This document shows positions 15,001-29,332 of a DNA stretch of 64,000 bases, one piece after another. Below the pieces are notes generated by a model that was not told where the DNA came from, made no database searches, and saw nothing but the letters and a program-made list of their open reading frames with translations. This stretch comes from Eledone cirrhosa (Eukaryota), in NCBI GenBank assembly GCA_964016885.1, contig OZ024740.1, positions 2,728,001 through 2,792,000 of the forward strand, given 5' to 3'. How positions within the stretch are numbered: the stretch's first letter is position 1; each line of letters begins with the position of its first letter. The position numbers and the translations under genes are program-made.

Positions 15001-18000
15001 TAGAATGGTAGAGTGGTTAGAACATCAGATAGAATGGTAGAGATGTTAGAACGTCAGGTAGAATGGTAGAGTTTTTCGAACGTCAGATAGAATGGTAGAG
15101 TGGTTAGAACATCAGATAGAATTGTAGAGTTGTTAGAATTTAAGATAGACTGGTAGAGATGTTAGAACGTCAGGTAGAATGGTAGAGTTTTTAGAACGTC
15201 AGATAGGATAGTAGAGTGGTTAGAACGTCAGATAGAATGGTAGAGTTCTTTCAACGTCAGATAGAATGACAGACCTTAGAACGTCAGATAGAATGGCAGA
15301 CGTTAAAAGGTCAGATATAATTGTACAGTGGATACAACGTCAGATAGAATAGTAGAGTGGTTAGAACGTCAGATAGAATGGTAGAGATGTTAGAACGTCA
15401 GGTAGAATGGTAGAGTTTTTAGAACGTCAGATAGAATGGTAGAGTGGTTAGAACATCAGATAGAATGGTAGAGTTGTTAGAATGTAAGATATACTGGTAG
15501 AGATGTTAGAACGTCAGGTAGAATGGTAGAGTTTTTAGAACGTCAGATAGGATAGTAGAGTGGTTAGAACGTCAGATAGAATGGTAGAGTTTTTTCAACG
15601 TCAGATAGAATGACAGACCTTAGAACGTCAGATAGAATGGCAGGCGTTAAAAGTTCAGATAGAATTGTACAGTGGATACAACGTCAGATAGAATAGTAGA
15701 GTGGTTAGAACGTCAGATAGAATGGTAGAGTGGTTAGAACGTTTCATAGAAGGTTAGAGATGTTAGAACGTCAGATAGAATGGTATAGTTGTTAGAACGT
15801 CAGATAGAATGGTAGAGTTGTTAGAACGTTAGATAAAATGGTAGAGATGTTAGAACGTCAGATAAAATGGTGGAGTTGTTAGAACGTCAAGTAGGATAGT
15901 AGACTGGTTAGAACGTCAGATAGAATGGTAGAGTGGTTAGAACGTCAGATAGAATGGTAGAGTTGTTAGAACGTCAGATAGGATGGTACAGATGTTAGAA
16001 CGTCAGGTAGAATGGTAGAGTTTTTAGAACGTCAGATAGAATGGTAGAGTGGTTAGAACATCATATAGAATGGTAGAGTTGTTAGAATGTAAGATAGACT
16101 GGTAGAGATGTTAGAACGTCAGGTAGAATGGTAGAGTTTTTAGAACGTCAGATACGATAGTAGAGTTGTTTCAACGTCAGATAGAGTGGTTGAGTGGTTA
16201 CAACGTCAGATAGAATAGTAGAGTGGTTAGAACGTCAGATAGAATGGTAGAGTGGTTAGAACTTCACATAGAATGGTAGAGTTGTTAAAACGTTAGATAG
16301 AATGGCAGGCGTTAGAACGTCATAGTGATTGGTAGAGTGGTTTGAACGTCACGGAGAATAGTGTCAGGTAGAATAGTAGAGTTGTTAGAACGTGAGGTAG
16401 AATGGTAGAGTAGTTAGAAAGTCAGATAGAATGGTAGAGTGTTTATAACGTCAGATAAAATGTTAGAGTTGTTAGAAGGTCAGATAGAATGGCAGACGTT
16501 AGAACGTCAGATAGAATGGTAGAGTTGTTTCAACGTCAGATAGAATGGTATAGTTGTTAGAACGTCAGTTAGAATGGTAGAGTTGTTAGAACGTCAGATA
16601 GAATGGCAGAGTTGTTAGAACGTCAGATAGAATAGTAGAGTGGTTAGAACGTTAGGTAGAATGGTAGAATTGTTAGAACGTATGATCAAATGGCAGAGTT
16701 GTTAGAACCTCTGATAGGATGGTAGAATTGTTAGAATGTCAGATAGGATAGTAGAGTGGTTAGAACGTCAGATAGAATGGTAGAGTAGTTAGAACGTCAG
16801 ATAGAATGGTAGACTTGTTAGAACGTCAGGTAGAATGTTAGAGTTGTTTGAACGTGTGATAGAATGGCAGAGTTGTTAGATCTTTAGATAGAATGGTAGA
16901 GTGGTTAGAACGTCAAGTAGAATAGTAGGGTGGTTAGAACGTCAGATAGAATGGTAGAGTGGTTAGAACGTCAGATAGAATGTTAGAGTTGTTTCAACGT
17001 CAGATAGAATAACAGACCTTAGAACGTCAGATAGAATGGCAGACGTTAGAACGTCAGATAGAATTGTAGAGTGGTTAGAACGTCAGATAGAATGGGAGAG
17101 TGGTTAGAACGTGAGATAGAACAGTATAGTTATTAGAACGTCAGATAGAATGATAGAGTTGTTAGAAAGTGAGATAGAATAGTTGAGTTGTTAGAACGTC
17201 AGATAGTATGGTAGAGTTGTTCTAACGTCAGAGAGAATGGCAGAGTGTTTAGAACGGGAGACATAAATTGTAGAGTGGTTAGAACGTCAGATAGAATGTT
17301 ATAGTGGGTAGAACATCAGATAGAATGGTAGAGTTGTTAGAACGTCAGATAGAAGTGTTGAGTGGTTAGAATGTCAGATAGATTGGTGGAGTTGTTAGAA
17401 CGTCACGTAGAATAGTAGACTGGTTAGAACGTCAGATAGAATGGTAGAGTGGTTAGAACGTCAGATAGAATGGTAGAGTTGTTAGAACGTCAGATATAAT
17501 GGTAAAGATGTTAGAACATCAGATAGAATGGTGGAGTTGTTAGAACGTCGAGTAGGATAGTAGACTGGTTAGAACGTCAGATAGAATGGTAGAGTGGTTA
17601 GAACGTCACATAGAATGGTAGAGTAACTAGAACGTCAGATAAAATGACAGACGTTAGAAGGTAAGATAGAATGACAGACGTTAGAACGTCAGCGAGAATG
17701 GTAGAGTGGTTAGCACGTCAGATAGAATGGTAGAGTTGTTTCAACGTCAGATAGAATGGCAGAGTGTTTAGAACGTCAGTTAGAATAGTAGAGTGGTTAG
17801 AACGTCAGATAGAATGTTAGAGTTGTTAGAACGTCAGATAGAATGGCAGACGTCAGAACGTCAGATAGAATGGTAGAGTGGTTAGAACGTCAGATAGAAT
17901 GGTAGAGATGTTTCAACGTCAGATAGAATGGTAGAGTTGTTAGAACGCCAGAGAGAATAGGAGATTGTTTAGAACGTCAGATCGAAAGGTAGAGATGTTA

Positions 18001-21000
18001 GAACGTCAGATAGAATGGTAGAGTTGTTAGAACGTCAGATAGAATGGTAGAGATGTTAGAACGTCAGATAGAATGGTGGAGTTGTTAGAACGTCAAGTAG
18101 GATAGTAGACTTGTTAGAACGTCAGATAGAATGGTAGAGTTGTTAGAACGTCAGATAGAATGGTAGAGTTGTTAGAACGCCAGAGAGAATAGGAGAGTGT
18201 TTAGAACGTCAGATCGAAAGGTAGAGATGTTAGAACGGCAGATAGAATGGTAGAGTTGTTAGAACGTCAGATAGAATGGTAGAGATGTTAGAACGTCAAA
18301 TAGAATGGTGGAGTTGTTAGAACGTCAAGTAGGATAGTAGACTGGTTAGAACGTCAGATAGAATGGTAGAGTGGTTAGAACGTCAGATAGAATGGTAGAG
18401 TTGTTAGAACGTCAGATAGAATGGTAGAGATGTTAGAACGTCAGGTAGAATGGTAGAGTTTTTAGAACGTCAGATAGAATGGTAGAGTGGTTACAACATC
18501 AGATAGAATGGTAGAGTTATTAGAATGTAAGATAGACTGGTAGAGATGTTAGAACGTCAGGTAGAATGGTAGAGTTTTTAGAAAGTCAGATAGAATGGTA
18601 GAGTTGTTTCAACGTCAGATAGAGTGGTAGAGTGGTTAGAACGTCAGATAGAAGGACAGACCTTAGAACGTCAGATAGAATGGCAGAGGTTAAAAGGTCA
18701 GATAGAATTGTACAGTGGTTACAACGTCAGATATAATAGTAGAGTGGTTAGAACGTCAGATAGAATGGTAGAGTGGTTAGAACGTCAGATAGAAGGTTAG
18801 AGATGTTAGAACGTCAGGTAGAATGGTAGAGTTTTTAGAACGTCAGATAGGATAGTAGAGTGGTAGAACGTCAGATAGAATGGTAGAGTTGTTAGAACGT
18901 CAGATAAAATGGTAGAGTGGTTAGAACGTCACATAGAATTGTAGAGTTGTTAGAACGTCAGATAGAATGACAGACGTTAGAAGGTCGGATAGAATGGCAG
19001 ACGTTAGAAGGTCAGAGAGAATTGTAGAGTGGTTTGAACCTCAGGTAGAATAGTAGAGTTGTTAGAACGTCAGGTAGAATAATAGAGTTGTTAAAACTTC
19101 AGATAGAATGGTAGAGTGGTTAGAATGTCAGATAGAATGGGAGAGTGGCTAGAACATCAGATAGAATGATAGAGTGGTAAGAACGTAAGATAGAATGGTA
19201 GAGTTGTTAGAACGTCATATAGAATGGTAGAGATGTTAGAAGGTCAGGTAGTATGGTACAGTTGTTAGAAGGTCAGATAGGATAGTAGAGTGGTAGAACG
19301 TCAGATAGAATGGTAGAGTTGTTAGAACGTCAGATAGAATAGTAGAGTGGTTAGAACGTCAGATAGAATGTTAGAGTTGTTAGAACGTCAGATAGAATGG
19401 TAGAGTTGTTAGAACGCCAGAGAGAATAGGAGATTGTTTAGAACGTCAGATCGAAAGGTAGAGATGTTAGAACGTCAGATAGAATGGTAGAGTTGTTAGA
19501 ACGTCAGATAGAATGGTAGAGATGTTCGAACGTCAGATAGAATGGTGGAGTTGTTAGAACGTCAAGTAGGATAGTAGACTGGTTAGAACGTCAGATAGAA
19601 TGGTAGAGTTGTTAGAACGTCAGATAGAATGGTAGAGTTGTTAGAACGCCAGAGAGAATAGGAGAGTGTTTAGAACGTCAGATCGAAAGGTAGAGATGTT
19701 AGAACGGCAGATAGAATGGTAGATTTGTTAGAACGTCAGCTAGAATGGTAGAGATGTTAGAACGTCAGATAGAATGGTGGAGTTGTTAGAACGTCAAGTA
19801 GGATAGTAGACTGGTTAGAACGTCAGATAGAATGGTAGAGTGGTTAGAACGTCAGATAGAATGGTAGAGTTGTTAGAACGTCAGATAGAATGGTAGAGAT
19901 GTTAGAACGTCAGGTAGAATGGTAGAGTTTTTAGAACGTCAGATATAATGGTATAGTGGTTACAACATCAGATAGAATGGTAGAGTTGTTAGAATGTAAG
20001 ATAGACTGGTAGAGATGTTAGAACGTCAGGTAGAATGGTAGAGTTTTTAGAACGTCAGATAGAATGGCAGAGTTTTTTCAACGTCAGATAGAGTGGTAGA
20101 GTGGTTAGAACGTCAGATAGAAGGATAGACCTTAGAACGTCAGATAGAATGGCAGACGTTAAAAGGTCAGATAGAATTGTACAGTGGTTACAACGTCAGA
20201 TAGAATAGTAGAGTGGTTAGAACGTCAGATAGAAGGATAGACCTTAGAACGTCAGATAGAATGGCAGACGTTAAAAGGTCAGATAGAATTGTACAGTGGT
20301 TACAACGTCAGATAGAATAGTAGAGTGGTTAGAACGTCAGATAGAATGGTAGAGTGGTTAGAACGTCAGATAGAAGGTTAGAGATGTTAGAACGTCAGGT
20401 AGAATGGTAGAGTTTTTAGAACGTCAGATAGGATAGTAGAGTGGTAGAACGTCAGATAGAATGGTAGAGTTGTTAGAACGTCAGATAAAATAGTAGAGTG
20501 GTTAGAACGTCACATAGAATTGTAGAGTTGTTAGAACGTCAGATAGAATGACAGACGTTAGAAGGTCGGATAGAATGGCAGACGTTAGAACGTCAGAGAG
20601 AATTGTAGAGTGGTTTGAACCTCAGGTAGAATAGTAGAGTTGTTAGAACGTCAGGTAGAATAGTAGTGTTGTTAAAACTTCAGATAGAATGGTAGAGTGG
20701 TTAGAATGTCAGATAGAATGGGAGAGTGGCTAGAACATCAGATAGAATGATAGAGTGGTAAGAACGTAAGATAGAATGGTAGAGTTGTTAGAACGTCATA
20801 TAGAATGGTAGAGATGTTAGAAGGTCAGGTAGTATGGTACAGTTGTTAGAAGGTCAGATAGGATAGTAGAGTGGTAGAACGTCAGATAGAATGGTAGAGT
20901 TGTTAGAACGTCAGATAGAATAGTAGAGTGGTTAGAACGTCAGATAGAATGTTAGAGTTGTTAGAACGTCAGATAGAATGGTAGAGTTGTTAGAACGCCA

Positions 21001-24000
21001 GAGAGAATAGGAGATTGTTTAGAACGTCAGATCGAAAGGTAGAGATGTTAGAACGTCAGATAGAATGGTAGAGTTGTTAGAACGTCAGATAGAATGGTAG
21101 AGATGTTCGAACGTCAGATAGAATGGTGGAGTTGTTAGAACGTCAAGTAGGATAGTAGACTGGTTAGAACGTCAGATAGAATGGTAGAGTTGTTAGAACG
21201 TCAGATAGAATGGTAGAGTTGTTAGAACGCCAGAGAGAATAGGAGAGTGTTTAGAACGTCAGATCGAAAGGTAGAGATGTTAGAACGGCAGATAGAATGG
21301 TAGATTTGTTAGAACGTCAGATAGAATGGTAGAGATGTTAGAACGTCAGATAGAATGGTGGAGTTGTTAGAACGTCAAGTAGGATAGTAGACTGGTTAGA
21401 ACGTCAGATAGAATGGTAGAGTGGTTAGAACGTCAGATAGAATGGTAGAGTTGTTAGAATGTAAGATAGACTGGTAGAGATGTTAGAACGTCAGGTAGAA
21501 TGGTAGAGTTTTTAGAACGTCAGATAGAATGGCAGAGTTGTTTCAACGTCAGATAGAGTGGTAGAGTGGTTAGAACGTCAGATAGAAGGATAGACCTTAG
21601 AACGTCAGATAGAATGGCAGACGTTAAAAGGTCAGATAGAATTGTACAGTGGTTACAACGTCAGATAGAATAGTAGAGTGGTTAGAACGTCAGATAGAAT
21701 GGTAGAGTGGTTAGAACGTCAGATAGAAGGTTAGAGATGTTAGAACGTCAGGTAGAATGGTAGAGTTTTTAGAACGTCAGATAGGATAGTAGAGTGGTAG
21801 AACGTCAGATAGAATGGTAGAGTTGTTAGAACGTCAGATAAAATGGTAGAGTGGTTAGAACGTCACATAGAATTGTAGAGTTGTTAGAACGTCAGATAGA
21901 ATGACAGACGTTAGAAGGTCGGATAGAATGGCAGACGTTAGAACGTCAGAGAGAATTGTAGAGTGGTTTGAACCTCAGGTAGAATAGTAGAGTTGTTAGA
22001 ACGTCAGGTAGAATAGTAGAGTTGTTAAAACGTCAGATAGAATGGTAGAGTGGTTAGAATGTCAGATAGAATGGGAGAGTGGTTAGAACATCAGATAGAA
22101 TGATAGAGTGGTAAGAACGTAAGATAGAATGGTAGAGTTGTTAGAACGTCAGATAGAATGGTAGAGTGTTTAGAACGTCACATAGAATGGTAGAGTTGTT
22201 AGAACGTTAGATAGAATGACAGACGTTAGAAGGTCAGATAGAATGGCAGACGTTAGAACGTCATAGGGATTGGTAGAGTGGTTTGAATGTCACGGAGAAT
22301 AGTGTCAGCTAGAATAGTAGAGTTGTTAGAACGTGAGATAGAATAGTAGAGTTGTTAGAACGTGAGATAGAATGGTAGAGTTGTTTCAACGTCAGATAGA
22401 ATGGTAGAGTTGTTAGAACGTAAGATAGAATGACAGACGTTAGAACGTCAGATAGAATGGTAGAGTGGTTAGAACGTCAGATAGAATGGTAGAGTTGTTT
22501 GAACGTCAGATAGAATAGTAGAATGGTTAGAACATCAGATCGAATGGTAGAGTTGTTAGAACCTCAGATAGAATGGTAGAGTGGTTAGAACGTTAGGTAG
22601 AATGGTAGAATTGTTAGAACGTATGATCAAATGGCAGAGTTGTTAGAACCTCTGATAGGATGGTAGAATTGTTAGAATGTCAGATAGGATAGTAGAGTAG
22701 TTATAACGTCAGATAGAATGGTAGAGTAGTTCGAACGTCAGATAGAATGGTAGAGTGGTTAGAACGTCAAGTAGAATAGTAGAGTGGTTAGAACGTCAGA
22801 TAGAATGTTAGAGTGGTTAGAACGTCAGATAGAATGATAGAGTTGTTAGAAAGTGAGATAGAATAGTAGAAATGTTAGAACGTCAGATAGTATGGTAGAG
22901 TTGTTCTAACGTCAGAGAGAATGGCAGAGTGTTTAGAACGTGAGATAGAAATGTAGAGTGGTTAGAAGGTCAGATAGAATGGTATAGTTGTTAGAACGCC
23001 AGATAGAATGTTATAGTGGTTAGAACATCAGATAGAATGGTAGAGTTGGTAGAACGTCAGATAGAAGTGTTGAGTGGTTAGAATGTCAGATAGAATCGTG
23101 GAGTTGTTAGAACGTCAAGGAGAATAGTAGACTGGTTAGAACGTCAGATAGAATGGTAGAGTTGTTAGAACGTCAGATAGAATGGTAAAGATGTTAGAAC
23201 GTCAGATAGAATGGTGGAGTTGTTAGAACGTCAAGTAGAATAGTAGACTGGTTAGAACGTTAGATAGAATGGTAGAGTGGTTAGAACGTCACATAGAATG
23301 GTAGAGTAACTAGAACGTCAGATAAAATGACAGACGTTAGAAGGTCAGATAGAATGACAGACGTTAGAACGTCAGAGAGAATGGTAGAGTGGTGTGAACG
23401 TCAGGTAGAATAGTAGACTGGTTATAACGTCCGGTAGAATAGTAGAGTTGTTAGAACGTCATAGGGATTGGTAGAGTGGTTTGAATGTCACGGAGAATAG
23501 TGTCAGGTAGAATAGTAGAGTTGTTAGAACGTGAGATAGAATAATTAGAGTTGTTAGAACGTGAGATAGAATGGTAGAGTTGTTAGAACGTCAGATAGAA
23601 TGGCAGACGTTAGAACGTCAGATAGAATGCTAAAGTGGTTAGAACGTCTGATAGAATGGTAGAGAGTTTATGACGTCAGATAAATTGGTAGAGTTGTTAG
23701 AAAGTCCGATAGAATGGCAGACGTCAGAACGTCAGATAGAATGGTAGAGTTGTTAGAACGTCAGATAGAATGGTAGAGTTGTTTCAACGTCAGATAGAAT
23801 GGTAGAGTGTTTAGAACGTCAGTTAGAATAGTAGAGTGGTTAGAACGTCAGATAGAATGTTAGAGTTGTTAGAACGTCAGATAGAATGGTAGAGTTGTTA
23901 GAACGCCAGAGAGAATAGCAGAGTGTTTAGAACGTCAGATCGAAAGGTAGAGATGTTAGAACGTCAGATAGAATGGTATAGTTGTTAGAACGTCAGATAG

Positions 24001-27000
24001 AATGGTAGAGTTATTAGAACGTCAGATAGAATGGTAGAGATGTTAGAACGTCAGATAGAATGGTGGAGTTGTTAGAACGTCAAGTAGGATAGTATATTGG
24101 TTAGAACGTCAGATAGAATGGTAGAGTGGTTAGAACGTCAGATAGAATGGTAGAGATGTTAGAACGTCATGTAGAATGGTAGAGTTTTTAGAACGTCAGA
24201 TAGAATGGTAGAGTGGTTAGAACATCAGATAGAATGGTTGAGTTGTTAGAATGTAAGATAGACTGGTAGAGTTTTTAGAACGTCAGATACGATAGTAGAG
24301 TGGTTAGAACGTCAGATAGAATGGTAGAGTTGTTTCAACGTCAAATAGAGTGGTAGAGTGGTTAGAACGTCAGATAGAATGACAGACCTTAGAACGTCAG
24401 ATAGAATGGCAGACGTTAAAAGGTCAGATAGAATTGTACAGTGGTTAGAACGTCAGATAGAATAGTAGAGTGGTTAGAACGTCAGATAGAATGGTAGAGA
24501 GGTTAGAACGTCAGATAGAAGGTTAGAGATGTTAGAACGTCAGATAAAATGGTAGAGTGGTTAGAACGTCAGATAGGATAGTAGAGTGGTAGAACGTCAG
24601 ATAGAATGGTAGAGTTGTTATAACGTCAGATAAAATGGTAGAGTGGTTAGAACGTCACATAGAATTGTAGAGTTGTTACAACGTCAGATAGAATGACAGA
24701 CGTTAGAAGGTCAGATAGAATGGCAGACGTTAGAACGTCATAGTGATTGGTAGAGTGGTTTGAACGTCACGGAGAATAGTGTCAGGTAGAATAGTAGAAT
24801 TGTTAGAACGTGAGATATAATGGTAGGGTTGTTAGAAAGTCAGATAGAATGGCAGACGTCAGAACGTCAGATAGAATGGTAGAGTGGTTTGAACGTCAGA
24901 TAGAATGGTAGAGGTTTTTCAACGTCAGATAGAATGGTAGAGTTGTTAGAACGTAAGATAGAATGACAGACGTTAGAACGTCAGATAGAATGGTAGAGTG
25001 GTTAGAACGTCAGATAGAATGGTAAAGTTGTTAGAACGTCAGATAGAATAGTAGAATGGTTAGAACATCAGATCGAATGGTAGAGTTGTTAGAACCTCAG
25101 ATAGAATAGTAGAATGGTTAGAACATCAGGTAGAATGGTAGAGTTTTTAGAACGTCAGATAGGATAGTAGAGTGGTTAGAACGTCAGATAGAATGGTAGA
25201 GCTGTTAGAACGTCAGATAGAATGGTATAGTTGTTAGAACGTCAGATAGAATTGTACAGTGGTTACAACGTCAGATAGAATAATAGAGTGGTTAGAACGT
25301 CAGATAGAACGGTAGAGTGGTTAGGACGTTAGATAGAAGGTTAGAGATGTTAGAACGTCAGGTAGAATGGTAGAGTTTTTAGAACGTCAGATAGGATAGT
25401 AGAGTGGTAGAACGTTAGATAGAATGGTAGAGTTGTTAGAACGTCAGATAAAATGGTAGAGTGGTTAGAACGTCACATAGAATTGTAGAGTTGTTAGAAC
25501 ATCAGATAGAATGACAGACGTTAGAAGGTCAGATAGAATGGCAGACGTTAGAACGTCAGAGAGAATGGTAGAGTGGTTTGAATCTCAGGTAGAATAGTAG
25601 AGTTCTTAGAACGTCAGGTAGAATAGTAGAGTTGTTAAAACGTCAGATAGAATGATAGAGTGGTTAGAACGTCAGATAGAATGGGAGAGTGGTTAGAACG
25701 TCAGATAGAATGATAGAGTTGTTACAACGTCAGGTAGAATGGTAGAGTTGTTAGAGCATCAGTTAGAATTGTAGAGTTGTTAGAACGTAAGAAAGAATGG
25801 TAGAGTTGTTAGAACGTCATATAGAATGGTAGAGATGTTAGAACGTCTGGTTTAATGGTACAGTTGTTAGAACGTCAGATAGGATAGTATAGTGGTAGAA
25901 CGTCAGATAGTATGGTAGAGTTGTTAGAACGTCACATAGAATGGTAGAGTTGTTAGAACGTTAGATAGAATGACAGACGTTAGAAAGTCAGATAGAATGG
26001 CAGACGTTAGAACGTCATAGGGATTGGTAGAGTGGTTTGAACGTCACGGAGAATAGTGTCAGATAGAATAGTAGAGTTGTTAGAATGTGAGATAGAATGG
26101 TAGAGTAGTTAGAACGTCAGATAGAATGGTAGAGTGTTTATAACGTAAGATAAAATGTTAGAGTTGTTAGAAAGTCAGATAGAATGGCAGACGTTAGAAC
26201 GTCAGATAGTATGGTAGAGTGGTTTGAACGTCAGATAGAATGGTAGAGTTGTTTCAACGTCAGATAGAATGGTAGAGTTGTTAGAACTTAAGATAGAATG
26301 ACAGACGTTAGAACGTCAGATAGAATGGTAGAGTGGTTAGAACGTCAGATAGAATGATAGAGTTGTTAGAACGTAAGATAGAATAGTAGAATGGTTTGAA
26401 CATCAGATCGAATGGTAGAGTTGTTAGAACCTCAGATAGAATGGTAGAGTGGTTAGAACGTTAGGTAGAATGGTAGAATTGTTAGAACGTATGATCAAAT
26501 GGCAGAGTTGTTAGAACCTCTGATAGGATGGTAGAATTTTTAGAATGTCAGATAGGATAGTAGAGTGGTTAGAACGTCAGATAGAATGGTAGAGTAGTTA
26601 GAACGTCAGATAGAATGGTAGAGTTGTTAGAACGTCAGATAGAATATTAGAGTTATTTGAACGTGTGATAGAATGGTTGAGTTGTTAGAACGTCAGATAG
26701 AATGGTAGAGTGGTTAGAACGTCAAGTAGAATAGTAGAGTGGTTAGAACGTCAGGTAGAATGGTAGAGTGGTTAGAACGTCAGATAGAATTTTAGAGTTG
26801 TTTCAACGTCACATAGAATGACAGACCTTAGAACGTCAGATAGAATTGTAGAGTGGTTAGAACGTCAGATAGAATGGGAGAGTGGTTAGAACGTGAGATA
26901 GAATAGTATAGTTATTAGAACGTCAGATAGTATGGTAGAGTTGTTAGAACGTGAGAGAGAATGGCAGAGTGTTTAGAACGTGAGATAGAAATGTAGATTG

Positions 27001-29331
27001 GTTAGAACGCCAGATAGAATGATATAGTTGTTAGAACGCCAGATAGAATGGTAGAGTGGTTAGAACATCAGATATAATGGTAGAGTTGTTAGAACGTCAG
27101 ATAGAAGTGTAGCGGGGTTAGAAAGTCAGATAGAATGGTGGAGTTGTTAGAACGTCAAGTAGAATAGTAGACTGGTTAGAACGTCAGATAGAATGGTGGA
27201 GTTGTTAGAACGTGAAGTAGAATAGTAGACTTGTTAGAACGTCATATAGAATGGTAGAGTGGTTAGAACGTCACATAGAATGGTAAAGTAACTAGAACGT
27301 CAGATAAAATGACAGACGTTAGAATGTCAGAGAGAATGGTAGAGTGGTGTGAACGTCAGGTAGAATAGTCGAGTGGTTATAACGTCAGGTTGAATAGTAG
27401 AGTTGTTAGAACGTCAGAGAGAATGGTAGAGTTGTTAGAACGTCAGATAGAATGGAAGATTTGGTAGAAGGCCAGATAGAATGGTAAAGTGGTTAGAACG
27501 TCTGATAGAATGGTAGAGTGTTTATAACGTCAGATAAAGTGGTAGACTTGTTAGAAAGTCCGATAGAATGTCAGACGTCAGAACGTCAGATAGAATGGTA
27601 GAGTCGTTAGAACGTCAGATAGAATGGTAGAGTTGTTTCAACGTCAGATAGAATGGTAGAGTGGTTAGAACGTCAGATAGAATGGTAGAGTTGTTAGAAC
27701 GTCAGATAGAACGATAGAGTTGTTAGAAGGTCAGGTAGAATGGTAGAGTTGTTAGAACGCCAGAGAGAATAGCAGAGTGTTTAGAACGTCAGATCGAAAG
27801 GTAGAGATGTTAGAATGTCAGATAGAATGGTATAGTTGTTAGAACATCAGATAGAATGGTTGAGTGGTTAGAACATCAGATAGAATGGTAGAGTGGTTAG
27901 AACGTCAGATAGAATGATAGAGTTGTTAGAACGTCAGATAGAATAGTATAGTTGTTAGAACGTCAGATAGAATAATAGAGTTGTTAGAACGTAAGATAGA
28001 ATGAGAGACGTTAGAACGTCAGATAGAAAGGTAGAGTGGTTAGAACGTCAGATAGAATGGTAGAGTGGTTAGAACGTTAGGTAGAATGGTAGAATTGTTA
28101 GAACGTATGATCAAATGGCAGAGTTGTTAGAACGTCTGATAGGTTGGTATAATTGTTAAAACATCAGATAGGTTAGTAGAGTTGTTAGAACGTCAGTTTG
28201 AATGGTAGAGTGGTTAGAACGTCAGATCGAATGGTAGAGTTGTTAGAACGTCAGTTAGAATGTTAGAGTAGTTTGAACGTCTGATAGTATGTCAGAGTTG
28301 TTAGAACGTCAGATAGAATGGTAGAGTTGTTAGAACGTCAGGTAGAATGGTAGAGTTGTGAGAGCGTCAGTTAGAATGGTAGAGTGGTTAGAACGTAAGA
28401 TAGAATAGTAGAGATGTTAGAACGTCAGGTTTAATGGTAGAGTGGTTAGAACGTCACATAGGATGGTAGAGTGGTTAGAACGTCAGATAGAATGGTAGAG
28501 TGGTTAGAACGTTAGGTAGAATGGTAGAATTGTTAGAACGTATGATCAAATGGCAGAGTTGTTAGAACGTCTGATAGGTTGGTATAATTGTTAAAACATC
28601 AGATAGGTTAGTAGAGTTGTTAGAACGTCAGTTTGAATGGTAGAGTGGTTAGAACGTCAGATCGAATGGTAGAGTTGTTAGAACGTCAGTTAGAATGTTA
28701 GAGTAGTTTGAACGTCTGATAGTATGTCAGAGTTGTTAGAACGTCAGATAGAATGGTAGAGTTGTTAGAACGTCAGGTAGAATGGTAGAGTTGTGAGAGC
28801 GTCAGTTAGAATGGTAGAGTGGTTAGAACGTAAGATAGAATGGTAGAGATGTTAGAACGTCAGGTTTAATGGTAGAGTGGTTAGAACGTCACATAGGATG
28901 GTAGAGTTGTTAGATCGTCAGATAGAATGACAGACGTTAGAAGGCCAGAGAGAATGTTAGAGTGGTTTGAACGTCAGGTAGAATAGTAGAGGGGTTAGAA
29001 CGTCAGGTAAAATAGTAGAGTTGTTAGAACGTCAGATAGAATGGTAGAGTTGTTAGAACGTCAGATAGAATGGTAGAGTTGGTAGAAGGTGAGATGAAAT
29101 GGTAGAGTGGTTAGAACGTCAGATAGAATGGTAGAGTTGTTAGAAAGTCAGATAGAATGGCAGACGTTAGAACGTCAGATAGAATGGTAGAGTGGTTAGA
29201 ACGTCAGATAGAATGGTAAAGTTGTTTCAACGTCAGATAGAATGGTAGAGTGGTTAGAACGTCAAATAGAATGGCAGAGTTGTTAGAACGTCAGGTAGAA
29301 TGTTAGAATTGTTAGAACGTGTGATAGAATG
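1..29331 (+). repeat. Satellite array, 29-bp monomer (TAGAATGGTAGAGT[T/G]GTTAGAACGTCAGA) with 27-bp variants; about 1,000 copies; continues beyond the left edge
   Basis: Head-to-tail monomers are visible throughout. The recurrent short variant is TAGAATGGCAGACGTTAGAACGTCAGA. The track has no ORF in the region. The last monomer ends ...GTGATAGAATGC at about 29332. Confidence 0.99.
2722..11570 (+). repeat. 2,940-bp higher-order repeat, three near-identical tandem copies
   Basis: Lines starting at 2761, 5701 and 8641, and the lines after them, are identical or differ by single bases. The copies share rare marks such as the short monomer 'cagatggttcag' at 3661, 6601 and 9541. Confidence 0.95.
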
Positions 29332-29332
29332 C

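Noticed and set aside
1-29331. CRISPR array (29-bp repeats)
   Set aside because: Monomers are contiguous with no unique spacers, there are no cas genes, and the context is eukaryotic TE-rich DNA.
1-29331. Coding tandem repeat, telomeric repeat or heat-shock-element array
   Set aside because: The 29-bp period cycles stop codons through all frames on both strands. There is no TTAGGG-type unit. The nGAAn units are all direct, not alternating inverted as in HSEs.
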